A DNA stretch of 64,000 nucleotides, from assembly GCA_051294375.1 (NCBI GenBank), contig CM119271.1, forward strand, positions 3,744,610-3,808,609. The letters are read 5' to 3'. The translations under genes and the position numbers were made by a program. This document shows positions 42,120 through 56,577 of this stretch, in pieces. The notes beneath the pieces were generated by a model that did no database searches, had not been told where the DNA came from, and saw only the letters and a list, made by a program, of their open reading frames with translations. The stretch's first letter is position 1; every line of letters begins with the position of its first letter. This DNA is from Paraspadella gotoi. Lineage: Eukaryota; Animalia; Chaetognatha.

Positions 42120-45100
42120 CTGAAAATTAATTCATAAATTAATCCAAAGAATCATGAATATTTTAGCCATACAATAAAGCAATCGATGAATCATTCAATC
42201 ACCAACCAAACAGAAAAAAAAATAAGTCAAACAATCAATCATTTAATCAATCAAGTTTAAAACAAAAAATGTTAGGACGATGATGAGATGACAAAAACGA
42301 ATCATATGAAATTGGTACAACCATTATAAAAATTATCCATTCATTTAATAAATAAGCTATCTTGCCCCTGACTTGGTGGTTTAAGGCCTCCATCACTCTT
42401 ACAAGATAATGACATAGCAGGTCCCTGCAAGCTTTCTATCAAGACTCTCTCAGAGTCTCGTTTATTCACTCCCAGAGTTCCTGGCTTCCCTATCAATGAA
42501 GTGGTATAATGTTTCAAAGAATGTTTCAATTGTATGAAAAGACCAAGAACCTTAAGTATTAGATCGGAGAATACTATATTGTACTGCGCCAAGCATCCAA
42601 ATATATACATTTAATAAGTACTCTAATATCAAATAGTAACCGATAATCAAGATTGGATAATTGCGATTACACTCGTTTTTCAACTTTATAAAAACGTTTT
42701 TCTACCTTTCAGTTTCTCTTCCAGATATATTTAGGCCACGTGAAATTTCACTAAACTATTAAAATACTAAATTTCACTTAAACTATAACGTGTTTTATTA
42801 CGAATAAAAAGAGAATTTTCTTCAAAGAACTCGCGAGATGCGAGATTCAGGTGGCGTTGCAAAATACCAATAAAACCGATGACACAGGAAAAGTAATCAA
42901 GTATACCGCCGCACAAGAATAACTTTAATGATAGCCAATAATTAAATGTCATAATAATAGAGACGAGGGATGCGACGGTTTCAATCGTATCAGACAATTG
43001 TTACATCAAAATATTTGGCACAAAACACTTCTCCCACATTTTTTAAACGTTCAGGTAAATCTCCCAAGTTGATAAGATGGATGAATTGGCAATTCGGCGC
43101 GCAAAGGAATTAAGGATGTCTTTTCCAATGTTTTTAATGGGAAATGTTTTACACGTGCTGAATTTATTCACCCATTGATCCACGACCTTTTAAGTTTCTC
43201 TCTTCAAAGATTTCATTTATGTATTGGATCGGCTGGTCGGCTTTTCGGAGTTCTCGCGTTCGACACTCTCGCCGCAACTATCATTTTTTGAGATATTCGT
43301 TCGGAGGAACCACTATTTTTACCCAAGGTTTCAGAAAAAAAAAATACTCGCTAGGCTTGCGGCCTTGATTTTGAATATTTTAGGACTTGGTGCCATCTCT
43401 TTAAGTATAGACTTTTACTTGGGAGGAAGGGGCAAATTATCGAGCCAAGCTCATCAAAAATGAGCTGATTGTTAAGACAAATTTACTACAAGCTTTTTTT
43501 TTTGGAAAGCTTTCCCCAGTTTGTTTTGCAAGCGAATTACTTATCATATAAGAATATATATAATATAGTATATATAATATACCATATAGGAAGATAAGAA
43601 TATTTCGTTAATACATTGACGCCATTAGTTGGTTGTTTTAATTGTTCCATTGGCGTCAACTTCAGACAAAAATTCTGTTTTGATTGTGATCGATTTTAAT
43701 CCGAAAACTAGCAAAGGCAACCGGCAAACAAATTTCATCGGCTTTGTTGATCCATAAGAGAAACGTTGCCGACGCTTGCAAAACAAGCTGGGGAAAGCTT
43801 TCCAAAAAAAAAAAACTTGTAGTAAATTGATCTAATTTAGATCGGACTTAGTAATACGTAATACGTAATACGTAATACAGAACTTTGAGAGGGAAAATGA
43901 TCTTATTGGGTGGGTCACACTTTGTGGCACTAAGAAAGAAAGCGGGAAAGACGGCGAGTCCAAAAAAATAAAGAAATAAACGACTCTGCATCGCGTCCTT
44001 CCATCAACGTACCAGGAGATCTTGCAGAAAGAAGTCTGGATTGCAGCAAATATTTATTTCTTCATTGAAGGCTGCGTCTTTTCTCTTTGGCTTCACGTTC
44101 GTTTCCATTTCGGGTGACGTACATTCTGAAAAATTGGGTAGATATATAATAAGTTAGCCGTCATTGATTTTAGCTTTCTCTACATTGAATTTTATCGTAT
44201 TCTATAGCTTATAAAACTTTTAAGCTTATTGTTGAATTGCTTATCCTTTCTAAAAAAACATTAGCTAGTACGATTTTATTTACTTAGCAATTTTTATTTA
44301 GCAAGAAACTTTTAAACAACTTTTTAAACTAATTTTGAATATATTTTAAAATCACATACATATTTCGATAACTTTTCTTATTTAACATGACTTTTTTATT
44401 GATTTTTTTTTTCGTTGTTTTTTTTTTTATCAAAAAAAGAAACTTTAAAACAAATGTGAAAAAATCTATATCTTTATCTATATCTATATCTTCTCCTCAT
44501 TCACTGCTCAATTGAGATTTCTTCCAGTGTTTTTGAACGTCGTGACGTCTTCAAAATTGCCGTATTTATAATAAAATAATTCGAAATTACTATAATTTTT
44601 TTTTTATAAAACGTAAGCATTGAATGTCTGAAATGAAAGAGCTTGATCGGCGATCGGTGATCCACAATCCATCTTCTCAATACGAATCACCTTCTCGCCA
44701 CGTAGGCGACCACCAAGACCATGATGACAGTTCCGGAAATGGCGGCGATGACCACGCCCATGAAGACGCGCTCGGTCTCCGCGCGGGGGCAAAAGTCCTG
44801 GAGGTAAAATAATGAAGGGAGGGGATAGCGGTTAACAAAGTTTCGGGCAATGAATATTGATGATGAATATGATGAATATGATGAATATTGATGTTACCTA
44901 GTTTTTTAAAGGAGGGAGAAAATAAAGCAAGATTAACAGTAAAAATCAGGTAGGTGAATAATTTTAATAGTATAATCGATTAAAGAAGGTTAAAGAAAAA
45001 CAAAAAAGGCGAAATAGTAATTTGGTTTCTATCAAAGCATCACAAAGGATCTAGAAACTCAAAAGATGGAATCAAATGGATCCCGACGGAAGCGGATCAT

Positions 45101-45583
45101 TGACTCGGGGGGAAATCACAGAAAATGGAATCGAACTCTCGGATTGGTCGAGACTCAGATAGAACCGGCCAATAGGCGGATGGGCTTCCATCCCCCAGGA
45201 AGAGAACAGAAGAAAAGAGGTAGGAATAGTGTCACGGATGAAATTATAGGCAGAGAAAAATTAATTTGAGTGAGTGTGTGAGAGATTTAAAAAAATAGAA
45301 AACAAAAAGAAAAAAAGAAAGAATTAAAAAAAAGAAAGAAAGAAAAAAAAAAAGATAGAGAGAAAGAAAGAAGAAAAGAATGAACGAATTAAAAAAAAAA
45401 AAACAAGAACGGAAGAGAAGAAAAGAAAAAAAGAAAGAAATAAAAGAAAGAAAGAAAGAAAGAAGAAACGAATTAAAAAAAAACCAAGACGGGAAGAAAA
45501 GAGAAGAAAAAAAGAAGAAAAAAGAAGAAAGAAAAAGAAGAAGAAAGAAAGAAAAGAAAGAAAGAAAGAAAGAAAGAAAGAAG

Positions 45584-45615
<32 letters not shown>

Positions 45616-45689
45616 AAGAAAGATAGAAAGAAAAACGGAGAGACCTGCTCGAGAAATCCGTCTCCTCGTCCGATCATCTTCTCTGCATA

Positions 45690-45729
<40 letters not shown>

Positions 45730-46524
45730 AGAAAGAAAGAAAGAGAAGAAAGATAGAAAGAAAGATAGAAAAGAAAGATAGAAAGAGAAACGGAGAGACT
45801 GCTGAGAAAATCCGTCTCCTCGTCCGATCATCTTCTCTGCATAAAGTGGAGGCGACTGACACTAAAAAGAATAAATTTCGAATAAATTTTGAAACACTGT
45901 TTTTTTTTGGTTTTTTTTAAATTGAAGTATTTATACGTAGCCTCGTTTTGAGGATATTTGTTTCCGTTGGTTAAATATGTTTCATAATCAAAAATTTATT
46001 TCTTGTTATACGTAGCATTTTTTGCGTCCATTTTTATTCTTCTTTTCCTCTTTCTTTCTTTCATTCTTTCTTTCTTTTTTTCTTTCTCTCTATCACTCTC
46101 CAATATTCTCCCACGACTCTTTCCTTTTTCGGCTTCACCGCGTGGGGTTCCAAAAAAAAAAAAAAAAATGGAGACTTCTCATCGTTTTCTGGCAGCTTGC
46201 ATATTGCTTTGCCACCCAAGCAGCTTACCGGTTTTTTTTTCCGAGATCGTATCTCAATTCAAAAAAAACCTTATAAATTAAAGACAAGGTTATCAGTCCG
46301 TTTCCCTTCGGGAAGAATAAAAAACTCACCCATATCTTGATGTTTGTCTTTTTTAAGAAAGACCACAAGGGGAGGATTTGACAATCGCAAGTCCACGGGT
46401 TCTCGCCCAGATGGATGTTTCTGTACAATGACTTCAGGGGAAGGTCTTGCAACACGTATTCTGGAGAAGGAAGTGAATTGAGTTGCCGCAAGAAATCTAC
46501 TGTATCGAGAATGTCAGAGAGAGC

Positions 46525-46570
<46 letters not shown>

Positions 46571-47501
46571 ACGTAAAAAATTAAAAAAAAAAAATGCTTT
46601 ATTTAAAATATAACTCGGCGCCTCCTTAATTAGTCAGAAGTTTAAATTTAATCCACCGTGTTTACCAACCAGGGATGTGAGAGAGATTATTCTGCTCCAA
46701 ATTGAGAGAGTTGAGTTTGGGTACGACTCTCCACGGACTCCAGACCGGACGAAGGCCGAGACCCGATCCGGACAGGGAATTGTTCTTCAAGTTGATCTCC
46801 TCTAACCAGCCTGAAAGCGAAAATGGGGGGGGGCGGCGTTAGAACGTTTGATGTTACGTATTTTAATATTCGATTTTCCGGCTTTAGAACAAAACTGACT
46901 TCTCGACTCCTCGTGACGATACATTTCGATAAACGTCAATTCTCGATTTTAGATGTAGGGATCAGATGAGTTTTGTATAAAAATATATAGACTAGTTGCC
47001 AACGTAGTGACGACGCCTCAACTTTCCTTCCTTTTTTTTCCCCTCCTTTTTTTTTTTGCTTTGACGGCGGAAATAATAACTTAATGGTGCGTCTCGCCGA
47101 TTTAGTTTTTTTTTTCTTGTCTCGGCGCTTGACACCTGAGCCGCGACCACTCGACCTTTCGTATGCAGTGACCAGTGACCACTTCATTATTTTGCCACAG
47201 CTTACGTTGCATGTGGCCCCAGCTCACTTCGCTCGTCGTTATAGTTGATCGTTGCAAGCTCAATGATTTTATCACAGCTTGCTTGCTTGGTGACAGTTCG
47301 TATTGCCACTTGAATATTTTGCCACATTTAGCTTGGCTACTTGGTCAATTCGCCAGGGCACTTGATCTTTTTATCATTTCTCTCATTTTTCGCCTTCATC
47401 AATTTCCTTTTTCATTTCGTCTGTCTGCTCTTTTGCCTTCAAGCAATTTAGTCTAGTCACATCGCTATGACTGAGATACTAATTAATTTTTGAATGTTGG
47501 C

Positions 47502-47540
<39 letters not shown>

Positions 47541-48358
47541 GACGAAAGCGCATACTGCCATATAGTTACGGCATGTATAAAACGTGATCAAAGTGACTTG
47601 ATCATGAGCGATCTCTCTTTCTCTGTCTGCCTGCTTTGTTCTCTCGCTCTCTCCTTATCTTAACGCATTGGCCCTTTAAGGTAAGCAATTCGTTTTTCGA
47701 CGACGAGGGTCTCACCCCGAGCCAATCAGCTTGGCCGTCATGCATTTTGATAAAGTTTGTCATCACCTTCTCCGCGAAGTGGCCGTTGGAAGAAAGAGAG
47801 AACGAGCCAGACGAACGATCCGATGAGACTGGAGAGGAGAGNNNNNNNNNNNNNNNNNNNNNNNNNTCTCTCTCTCTCTCTCTCTCTTTCTCAACCCCTT
47901 CGCGGAGAAGGTGATGACAAACTTATCAAAATGCATGACGGCCAAGCTGATTGGCTCGGGGTGAGACCTCGTCGAAAAACGATTGCTTACCTTAAAGGCC
48001 AATCGTTAGAAGGAGAGAGCGAGAGACAAAGACAGGCAGACAGAGAAAGAGAGATCGCTCAAGATCAAGTCACTTTGATCACGTTTTATACCATGCCGTA
48101 ACTATATGGCAGTATGCGCTTTCGCTTAACTAAAAATATAAATGTTTGAGAAATAAGTATATATATATAAAATTAAAAAAAAAAAGAAGAGAAGATATTT
48201 GGAGGAGGAAGATAATGTGAATCGTGGAAAGGTGGAGGAGAGAGGAGAGAATGTGAAAAATATTAACAGTAGACGAGGAATTGGGGACAAAAGGAAGGTT
48301 AAGAGCTGGAGAGAGGAGAGAGAGAGAGAGAGAGGAGAGAGCAGAGAAGAGAGAAGAG

Positions 48359-48405
<47 letters not shown>

Positions 48406-48833
48406 NNNNNNNNNNNNNNNNNNNNNNNNNAAAAGAAATCGTGAAAAAAAAATAAACAAGAAAAAAAAATCCCCCAAAAAAAACCGCTAATTTATAAAAT
48501 GTTAGAAATTGAAAATTAAAAACAAAATATTGGAGAGACTCAGTAAGCTGGAAAATGGTGTATTTTTGAAATGGAGGAAATCTTCGTTGATTCTTGAAAG
48601 ATGGATGACGTTGAGAAGAGAGCTTGGCGGAGAAGCTCTCCGTTCCAAGGTAACCAAATGAATTATTCTGCAATGGAGTTTAGGGGGGGGGGTGGGGGAG
48701 TGAAGATTATTGATAATGACAAATATTGGAGGAGGAAGATAATGTGAATCGGTGAAAGGTGGAGGAGAAGGAGAGAATGTGAAAAATATTAACAGTAGAC
48801 GAGGAATTGGGGGACAAAAGGAAGGTAAGAGCA

Positions 48834-48869
<36 letters not shown>

Positions 48870-51800
48870 AGAGAGAGAGAGAGGAGAGAGAGGAGAGAGA
48901 GAGAGAGAAAGAGAGAGAAGAGAGAAGAGAGAGAGAGCAAAAGCAAATTATTCCAGCGCGTTTTCCCATCGCGCCATTTCTTCCTTTTATTCCGACTTCG
49001 ATTCTCCGAATAAAAAAAAAAGTGAACAGAATCCGGAATAAGAACTGAAATACAATGATTCGGCAAATCCTCAGCCTGAAAAGAAGACCGAATTCCTTAA
49101 ACCTTAAAGGAAGATTGGAATTTCCTTACCTGAAAGAAAAAGACCGAATTACCTTACCAGGAAAGAAAAGACCGGAATTCCTTACCTGAAAGAAAGACAT
49201 GGAATTCCTTACCTGAAAGGAAGACCCGAAATTCCTTACCTGAAAGGAAGACGGAATTCTTACTTGAAAGAAAGACCGGAATCTTTACTGAAAGGAAGAC
49301 CGGGAATTCCTTACTTGAAGAAAGGCTTAAAATCGTAAAATCACAAATATTTTTTCTTCAAAAAGACAGAGTTCCTTATTCAAATAACTGAAATTAATGT
49401 ACCTGACAATAGTATTATAAATATTTCCTCTACAGAAAAAAACAGATTCCGTTCATCCCCGAGAGCCTAGAATTCATTACCTAAATGAGACAGATCCTAC
49501 AAAGGAACCCCTAAAGCCTAGAATTCCTCCCAAAAAGAAGATCAAAATTCCTCATCTGCGCACTTATATAATATGAAACCTCACTTCCCAAAAGATGCTA
49601 GATAAGACCCGAAAACCTTACCTGAAGGAAGACCCGCTCCAGTTTGCTGCATGCGCCGAAATCCTGGATAAAAAAATTGGCGGGAAACAATTAGTAATTT
49701 TTGGAACGCTTAAGAGGAATAAAAAATATTTGGAGTGAAAGAGAGACAAGGGGAGAGTCAAATTGCTGGATGGGCGAGTAAGAGAAGAACTTATCATAAA
49801 AGGAATTTAAAAAGTAGAACGGTTTTATCACCTTATACTATAATGAACTTTACGTTATTACAAAAACAATGCCTTCCCGAATATTAATTTCTAAACGCCA
49901 ATTTACAAATTTTAATGAACAATGGATTGCGAAGAGAGAGCAGCGATAAGAGCAGTGTTTTCTTCACCACTACTTTTCGGGATGGCGACGAGTTGGTTGT
50001 TGTTCAAGGTGGATACCTTCAAAGCCCGCGAAAAATTTTTGGAGGAAATTGATCCTCGACGAGAGTTAAATCGATTGTGCCGAAAGATTAAATCTCCTGT
50101 TTAAATTATTAAATTAAATTAAAATTTTAAATGAAAATAACCAAAATTTAGCGTAAGATTCGAACCGTATTAATTTCATTAATTTTTTTCGAAATAATGT
50201 ATAAACTAAGAAATTTAAATTGAAGAACATACTAGATTTTTAAAAAAAAAAATTTAATCACACTTAGTGTATTTTTCTTAAAGTAATAAAAATATATATT
50301 TGAAATTGGAATGTTATGAAGACCACAAAATAACTTTTTAGTCGAGCCTTGACCGGCGACAGCCGCAGATCTCTCTCTTTTTAAGCAAATTATTCCGCGC
50401 GTTTTTCCCATCGGCGCCATTTTCTTCCTTTTTTCCGCTTCGATTCTCCGAATAAAAAAAAAAAGTGACACGAATCCGGAATAAGAAATGAATCAAATGA
50501 TTCGGCCAAATCCTCACCTGAAAAGAAGACCGGAATTCCTTACCTTAAAGGAAGATTGGAATTCCTTACCTGAAAGAAAGACCGGAATTCCTTACCAGAA
50601 AGAAAGACCGAAATTCCTTACCTGAAAGAAAGACCGGAATTCCTTACCTGAAAGGAAGACCGGAATTCCTTACCTGAAAGGAAGACCGGAATTCCTTACT
50701 TGAAAGAAAGACCGGAATTCTTTACCTGAAAGGAAGACCGGAATTCCTTACTTGAAGAAAGGCTAAAAATCGTAAAATCCAAATTTTTTTTCTTCAAAAA
50801 GACAAGAGTTCCTTATCAAATACTGAAATTAATTACCTGACAATAGTATTTAAATTTCTCCTCTACAGAAAAAACAGAATTCCTTCATCACCGAGAGCCT
50901 AGAATTCATTACCTGAAATGAGGACAGATCCCTATCAAACGGAACCCCTAAGCCTAGAATTCCTCACCAAAAGAAGATCAAAATTCCTCATCTGCGCACA
51001 TGATAAATATGGAAACCTCACTTCCCAAAAGATGCAGATAAGACCCGGAAAACCTTACCTGAAGGAAGACCCGCTCCAGTTTGCTGCATGCGCCGAATCC
51101 TGGAATAAAAAAATGGCGGGAAAAATTAGTAATTTTGGACGCTTAAGGGAAAAAAAATTTGGGTGAAAGAGAGAAAGGGAGAGTCAAATTGCTGGATGGG
51201 CGAGTAAGAGAAGAACTTTATCATAAAAGAATTTAAAAGTAGAACGGTTTATAACCTACTATAATGAATTACGTTATTACAAAAACAGTGCTTTCACGAA
51301 TAATTAATTCTAACGCCAATTTTACAATTTTAATGAACAATGGATTGCGAAGAGAGAGCAGCGAAGAGCAGTGTTTTCATTCACCTATTTTCGGGATGGC
51401 GACGAGTTGGTTGTTGTTCAAGTGGATGACCTTCAAAGTCCCGCGAAAATTTTGGATGAATTGATCCTCGACGAGAGTTAATCGATTGTGCGAAAGATTA
51501 ATCTCCTGTTTAAATTTTAAATTAAATTAAATTTTAAATGAAAATAACCAAAAATGTAGCGTAAGTTCGAACCGTATTATTTCATTAATTTTTTTCGAAA
51601 TATGTATAAATAAGAATTTAAATTGAAAGAAATACTAGATTTAAAAAAAAAAATTTAACTCAATTAGTGTATTTTTCTATACGAAGTAATAAAAATATAT
51701 ATTTGGAAATTGGAATGTTATAAGACACAAAATAACTTTTTTATCGAGCCTTGACCGGCGAAGCCGGGTCACTCTATAATGTTTTTAAGGTTGCTTCTTT

Positions 51801-52610
51801 GTGATAGTCGTCGTCGTCGTCGTCGCGTCGTCCGTCACGCTGTTTTTGTTATATAAAAACTACTACGCTTTTATAGGTTTGGCTGTCACTTACCGTGTTT
51901 TTTTTTAAATAAATTATTATGAATTATCTAAAGTTTTACAAAAGTGTGCGATCATAGTAAGTTAAAAAATTAGATATGGCTTCTCAACTTGAAATAGCTT
52001 TGATATTTTCTTATTACATTTCGATTTAAGTATTTTTGTTTGAATTTCCACTTCATTATGATTTACTGCAATATGCAAATGAGTATTATGTACTCATTAT
52101 AATATCCAAATTAGTATATAGAAAATGCTTTAAGCTAATTTACATATTGCAGTATAATAATAATATGAGAGATGAAATTCAAAAATTTTTTTTAAATTTC
52201 TAATAAAAATGGGAACTCAAAGGATTTTTTTAATTGAGAAGCTATATCTTAATTTTAAATACAAATAAAAATAAAATCTTTTACAAGCTGCGATTGGAAA
52301 AAATTGGAAAGTTTCCAATTGTAAACCATTGTAACATTTTGTTGTTCTTTTTATTTATTTTTAATTATATAAATATTTTTTTTTAGGCGCTGCCCTTTTC
52401 TGAATCGGTTTAAAAACGAGTTCAGTTTTCTCTGTCTCTCTTGTGTGTGCGATTGATCTCTTGCGTGATCGTTCGTTTTTTGAAAAATTCTGATTATTTT
52501 TTTCTTTCTAAAAAACATATATATTTGATCAGGCGCGGCCTTTTCTGAATCTACGATTTTAAAAAACGAGTTCGAGGCTCTCTCTCTCTCTCTCCCTCCG
52601 TCTCCCTCCG

Positions 52611-52643
<33 letters not shown>

Positions 52644-53009
52644 ACAAAAAAAAAAATTATTCACTTTGTTTTACCACCCGTTTTTTGAAAAATTCTTATT
52701 ATTTCTTTCCTTCTAAAAACTTTTATTATCGCCATTTATTCCGCGCTTCTTTCTCAATACAAAATCCCAAATTTACATCTGAGATTTTCGTGGATTTTTT
52801 TGAGAAAATGTGAAGAATAATTTACTTGACCTGGATTTCGTGGCCGTTGCGGGGCAACGAGTAAACAATGTCGAGGAACATGACCTTATAACGCGTTTTG
52901 ATGGCATGGGAAACGTTACGTGTATAAAAAAAATCAACTTGACCGAGGTCACGCCGATATAAACAAGAGTGACCTAATATTGCGTATCGTTTGGCGGGAA
53001 AACCTTCTC

Positions 53010-53098
<89 letters not shown>

Positions 53099-53435
53099 TT
53101 TTTACAAAAAAAAAATTTATTCACTTGTAAACGAGTAAAACGAGTTCCGGCTCTCTCTCTTCTCTCTCTCTCTCTCTTCTTCTCTTCTCTCTCTCTCTCT
53201 CTCTCTCTCTTCATCTTTCTCTCTATCTGTCTCTCTCTCTCTTTCTCTCTTTCTATCTCTTTTTTTTGTACAAAAATAATTTTTTAGTCACCTTTTTTTC
53301 ACCTCCGTCATTAAACGAGTTCCGGCTCTCTCTATCTCTCTCTCTCTCTTTTTTTTTTACAAAAAAAAATTTTTTAGTCACTTTTTTTTTCACCAGGCGA
53401 CGAGTAAACAGAGTAAACGAGTTCCGGCTCTGTTC

Positions 53436-53497
<62 letters not shown>

Positions 53498-54200
53498 GTA
53501 CGATCGTTCGTTTTTGAAAAATTCTTATTATTTTTTCTTCTAAAAACTTTTATTATCGCCATTTATTTTTTTTCTCTATACAAAATCCCAAATTTACATC
53601 CGAGATTTTCATGGATTCATTTTAGAAAAAAATGCAGGCAATGTCACATGTACATCAGCTTTCTGCTGTACATATAGCTGCTATATGTCCGGCAATTGCG
53701 CGGATTAATTTAATTGCATATATAACTTTCTAACAAAAAAATTTTTTTTGTTTTGTTTATTACTGTAACTCTTGGACCGGGTCCGGCCCACTATGGCAAA
53801 TTATATCTAAAATAGGAGTTGAGAAGAGAGATATTGTCAAATTAAACATTACTTTTTTTGTTATTCTAACAATTTTACATTTTAAAATTGTAAATTTTTT
53901 TTTAGTGTATATATTTAATCATTTTTATTCTTTTTTAAAATAATAATTATTTGAGTTGGGATAAATATTTATAAATTAGTTAAATATGCAAATATGTAAT
54001 TGACCTCGGTCTGGTTTCTTCCTTAAAAAAAAAAGAACAATCTAAAATTTATTCATAAGATTAAACTTTTTAAGATGAGGACATAAAATTTTTTTGATAA
54101 GTAAAAAAAATATTAGAAAGGAAAAGAGTTCGTCGCCCTACTCAGATACGTCGAAAAACGAGTTCAGCTCTGCAGGGCGGTCCAGCTTCTCTCTATCTTT

Positions 54201-54277
<77 letters not shown>

Positions 54278-56021
54278 CTTTCTATTTATTCCGCCATTTA
54301 TTCCGCGCTTTTTCTCAATACAAAACCCAAATTTACATCCGAGATTTTCTTGAATTTTTTTTCTAAAAATTTTGATTATTCTTTATATAAACGAGAGTGA
54401 AAACTGACCAGCCTCTCTCTCACTCTTTCTCTCCTCTTTCTCTCTCTTCTCTCTTTCTCTCTACTCTCATCTACTTTTCTCTCTCTCTTTCATTATCACC
54501 ATGCTTGTTTTATTTACGATGATACTCATCGGTCAATGAATGACTATCATCGCATCGAAATGAATGCATATATCGATCATTATCAATGAATGATTATCAT
54601 CACATCAATGAATGACTATCATCGCATCAATCATTTGATTATCATCACATCAGTTATTTATTATCATCGCATAAATTATTGGTTATCATCGCATCAATAT
54701 TTAGTTATCATCGCATTAATATTTGTTACCAATCCGATAAGCTGGCTCGATCCCTATTGCTTTTAAGATTTTTTTAATAGCGAACGTAACTATACTTTCA
54801 ACTCAATTTATTTTAAAGTTTAAAAGATAAATTAAAATAAATAATTTAAATTAACAATACCCCCCCATTCTCTTCCTCCCACCCTTTTCTATCTCTCACC
54901 CGGATCTGCTTAAGCCCCCTCCCCATGACGCCCCTCAACACGGTGAGTCGGTTGTGACTCAAGTTGAGATACACGAGTCGGTAATTGTTGAAGAAGGCTG
55001 AAGGTTCGATCTTCGAGATTCGATTCTCCGTCAGATCGAGGATCTCCAATCGGCCCATCGATTCGCCGGAGAGCATCCCCTGGAGTCGTGGGGGGAAGAG
55101 GTGGGGGTCAAGTAACTTACCCTTGTTCAGCGAATCGCTTAATCTTTACTCTTAATAAATAAAATAAATAAATGAATAAATGATTCAATAAATAAATATA
55201 AATAAAAATATAAAAATATATGAATGGCTAATTTTTATATCGGTTGTACCAATTTCATATATAAATAAATACATAGATAATCCAATGAATGAATGAATGA
55301 ATTAATAAATGGATGAATGAGTGAATCAATCAAGAAGAAAAGAACTAAATTTAAATAAAGAATTAAAAATATATAAATTAATAAAATAGTCAATAAAGTA
55401 GATTTAAATAATTAAAACATTAGATCAAAGAAGAAATCAATCGATCGAACTGATAGATACTACGTCGATCCAATAAAATTCAACCGGCTCAACCAATCAA
55501 TCAATCGATCAATCAATCAAATCAATCCACCTGATTAAGCTTGTCGATCTCGTTCCTCGACAAACTCAAGTTCCTCAGATTCTGAAATCCGGCGACGTCT
55601 TTGTTGGGGACGCGGGCGAAGGAGTTGCCCGTCAGATCGAGATCCGAGACGCGCCCGGGGATGCCTGGGCGATGGGGTGAGGAGGGAGGGGCGTTAGGGG
55701 TTGTGGAAGGAGGGGGGGTGTAGGGTGGGGTCAAAGTTTAAGGGAATCGACGGCGGGTGAGGGAATGAAAGACAATAGATTCGTGTTCGCTTGAAAGAAA
55801 TTTGTAACGAAGTAGATCCAGTATTGAAAAAATATCAAGCGTGAGGTCGTAAGGGGATATCTTGACATATGTCACTTTAAATCCGCGATATACTATATGG
55901 TGAAAATAAAAATATACAAAGTCGATGATTTAATGAAAAACGATAGTTTTAAAGCCAATAAAAACTATCGTTTTTCGTTAAATTCAATAATACAACGAAT
56001 AGAGAGATTTACACAATGCCC

Positions 56022-56061
<40 letters not shown>

Positions 56062-56436
56062 ACATGAGTTCACGCGAATATCTTTGTTTGAACTTTGAGC
56101 AGTATTTTATTTGCTTGAAAACTATTTTTACTTGGTCTTTTGTTTGGCCCTGGTTGAAATTTAGAGTGGAATGAGATGAATTTTAAAGAAAATCGAGTTA
56201 TGGCTCAAAGCTTTCCCAGTTTTTCAAACGATTCCTCGAAACGTCAATTTCTCATTAACTGTTCCATCGTGATTTTTGGGGATTGAATCGATTGGAATGT
56301 GTATCGCTTAACGTGTATTGGGCCTCATGATTTGTGTCCACATTGACATTTTTTTTTAAAACCCTTGAATTTTAAAAGTCGAGGGAGAGATTAACCTCCA
56401 GAGGTCGTTTGTCTTCGAAACGAGGAAAGTCACGTG

Positions 56437-56468
<32 letters not shown>

Positions 56469-56543
56469 GTCTCCGTCTGGTTGTTTATCGTAAAAACGGC
56501 CCCGAACGATCGACGGCTGATGGATAGTCGTTGCCGTTTTGTA

Positions 56544-56577
<34 letters not shown>

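Larger units (their letters stand above)
48940..51760. repeat. ~1.4-kb tandem duplication including one LRR exon, probably an artefact
   Basis: 48940-50360 is an insertion-rich version of 50382-51760 and lies near the 25-N gap at 48406. Confidence 0.7.

Noticed and set aside
45040-45200. Candidate LRRCT exon (…IFCDFPPS…)
   Set aside because: No AG acceptor and an in-frame stop; the exon at 45861-45799 supplies the cysteine with the correct phase.
47160-47460. Decayed coding fragment, possibly a transposase, on the minus strand
   Set aside because: Multiple stops and no diagnostic motif; cannot be supported without a search.
49969-50096. Second copy of the LRR5-6 exon as a mutually exclusive exon
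   Set aside because: It carries several frameshifting single-base insertions and a broken donor, inside a noisy 1.4-kb tandem copy; an assembly artefact is more likely.
50513-50760. CRISPR-like array (26-bp repeat with internal palindrome)
   Set aside because: Units are head-to-tail with no unique spacers, there are no cas genes, and the context is a eukaryotic intron.
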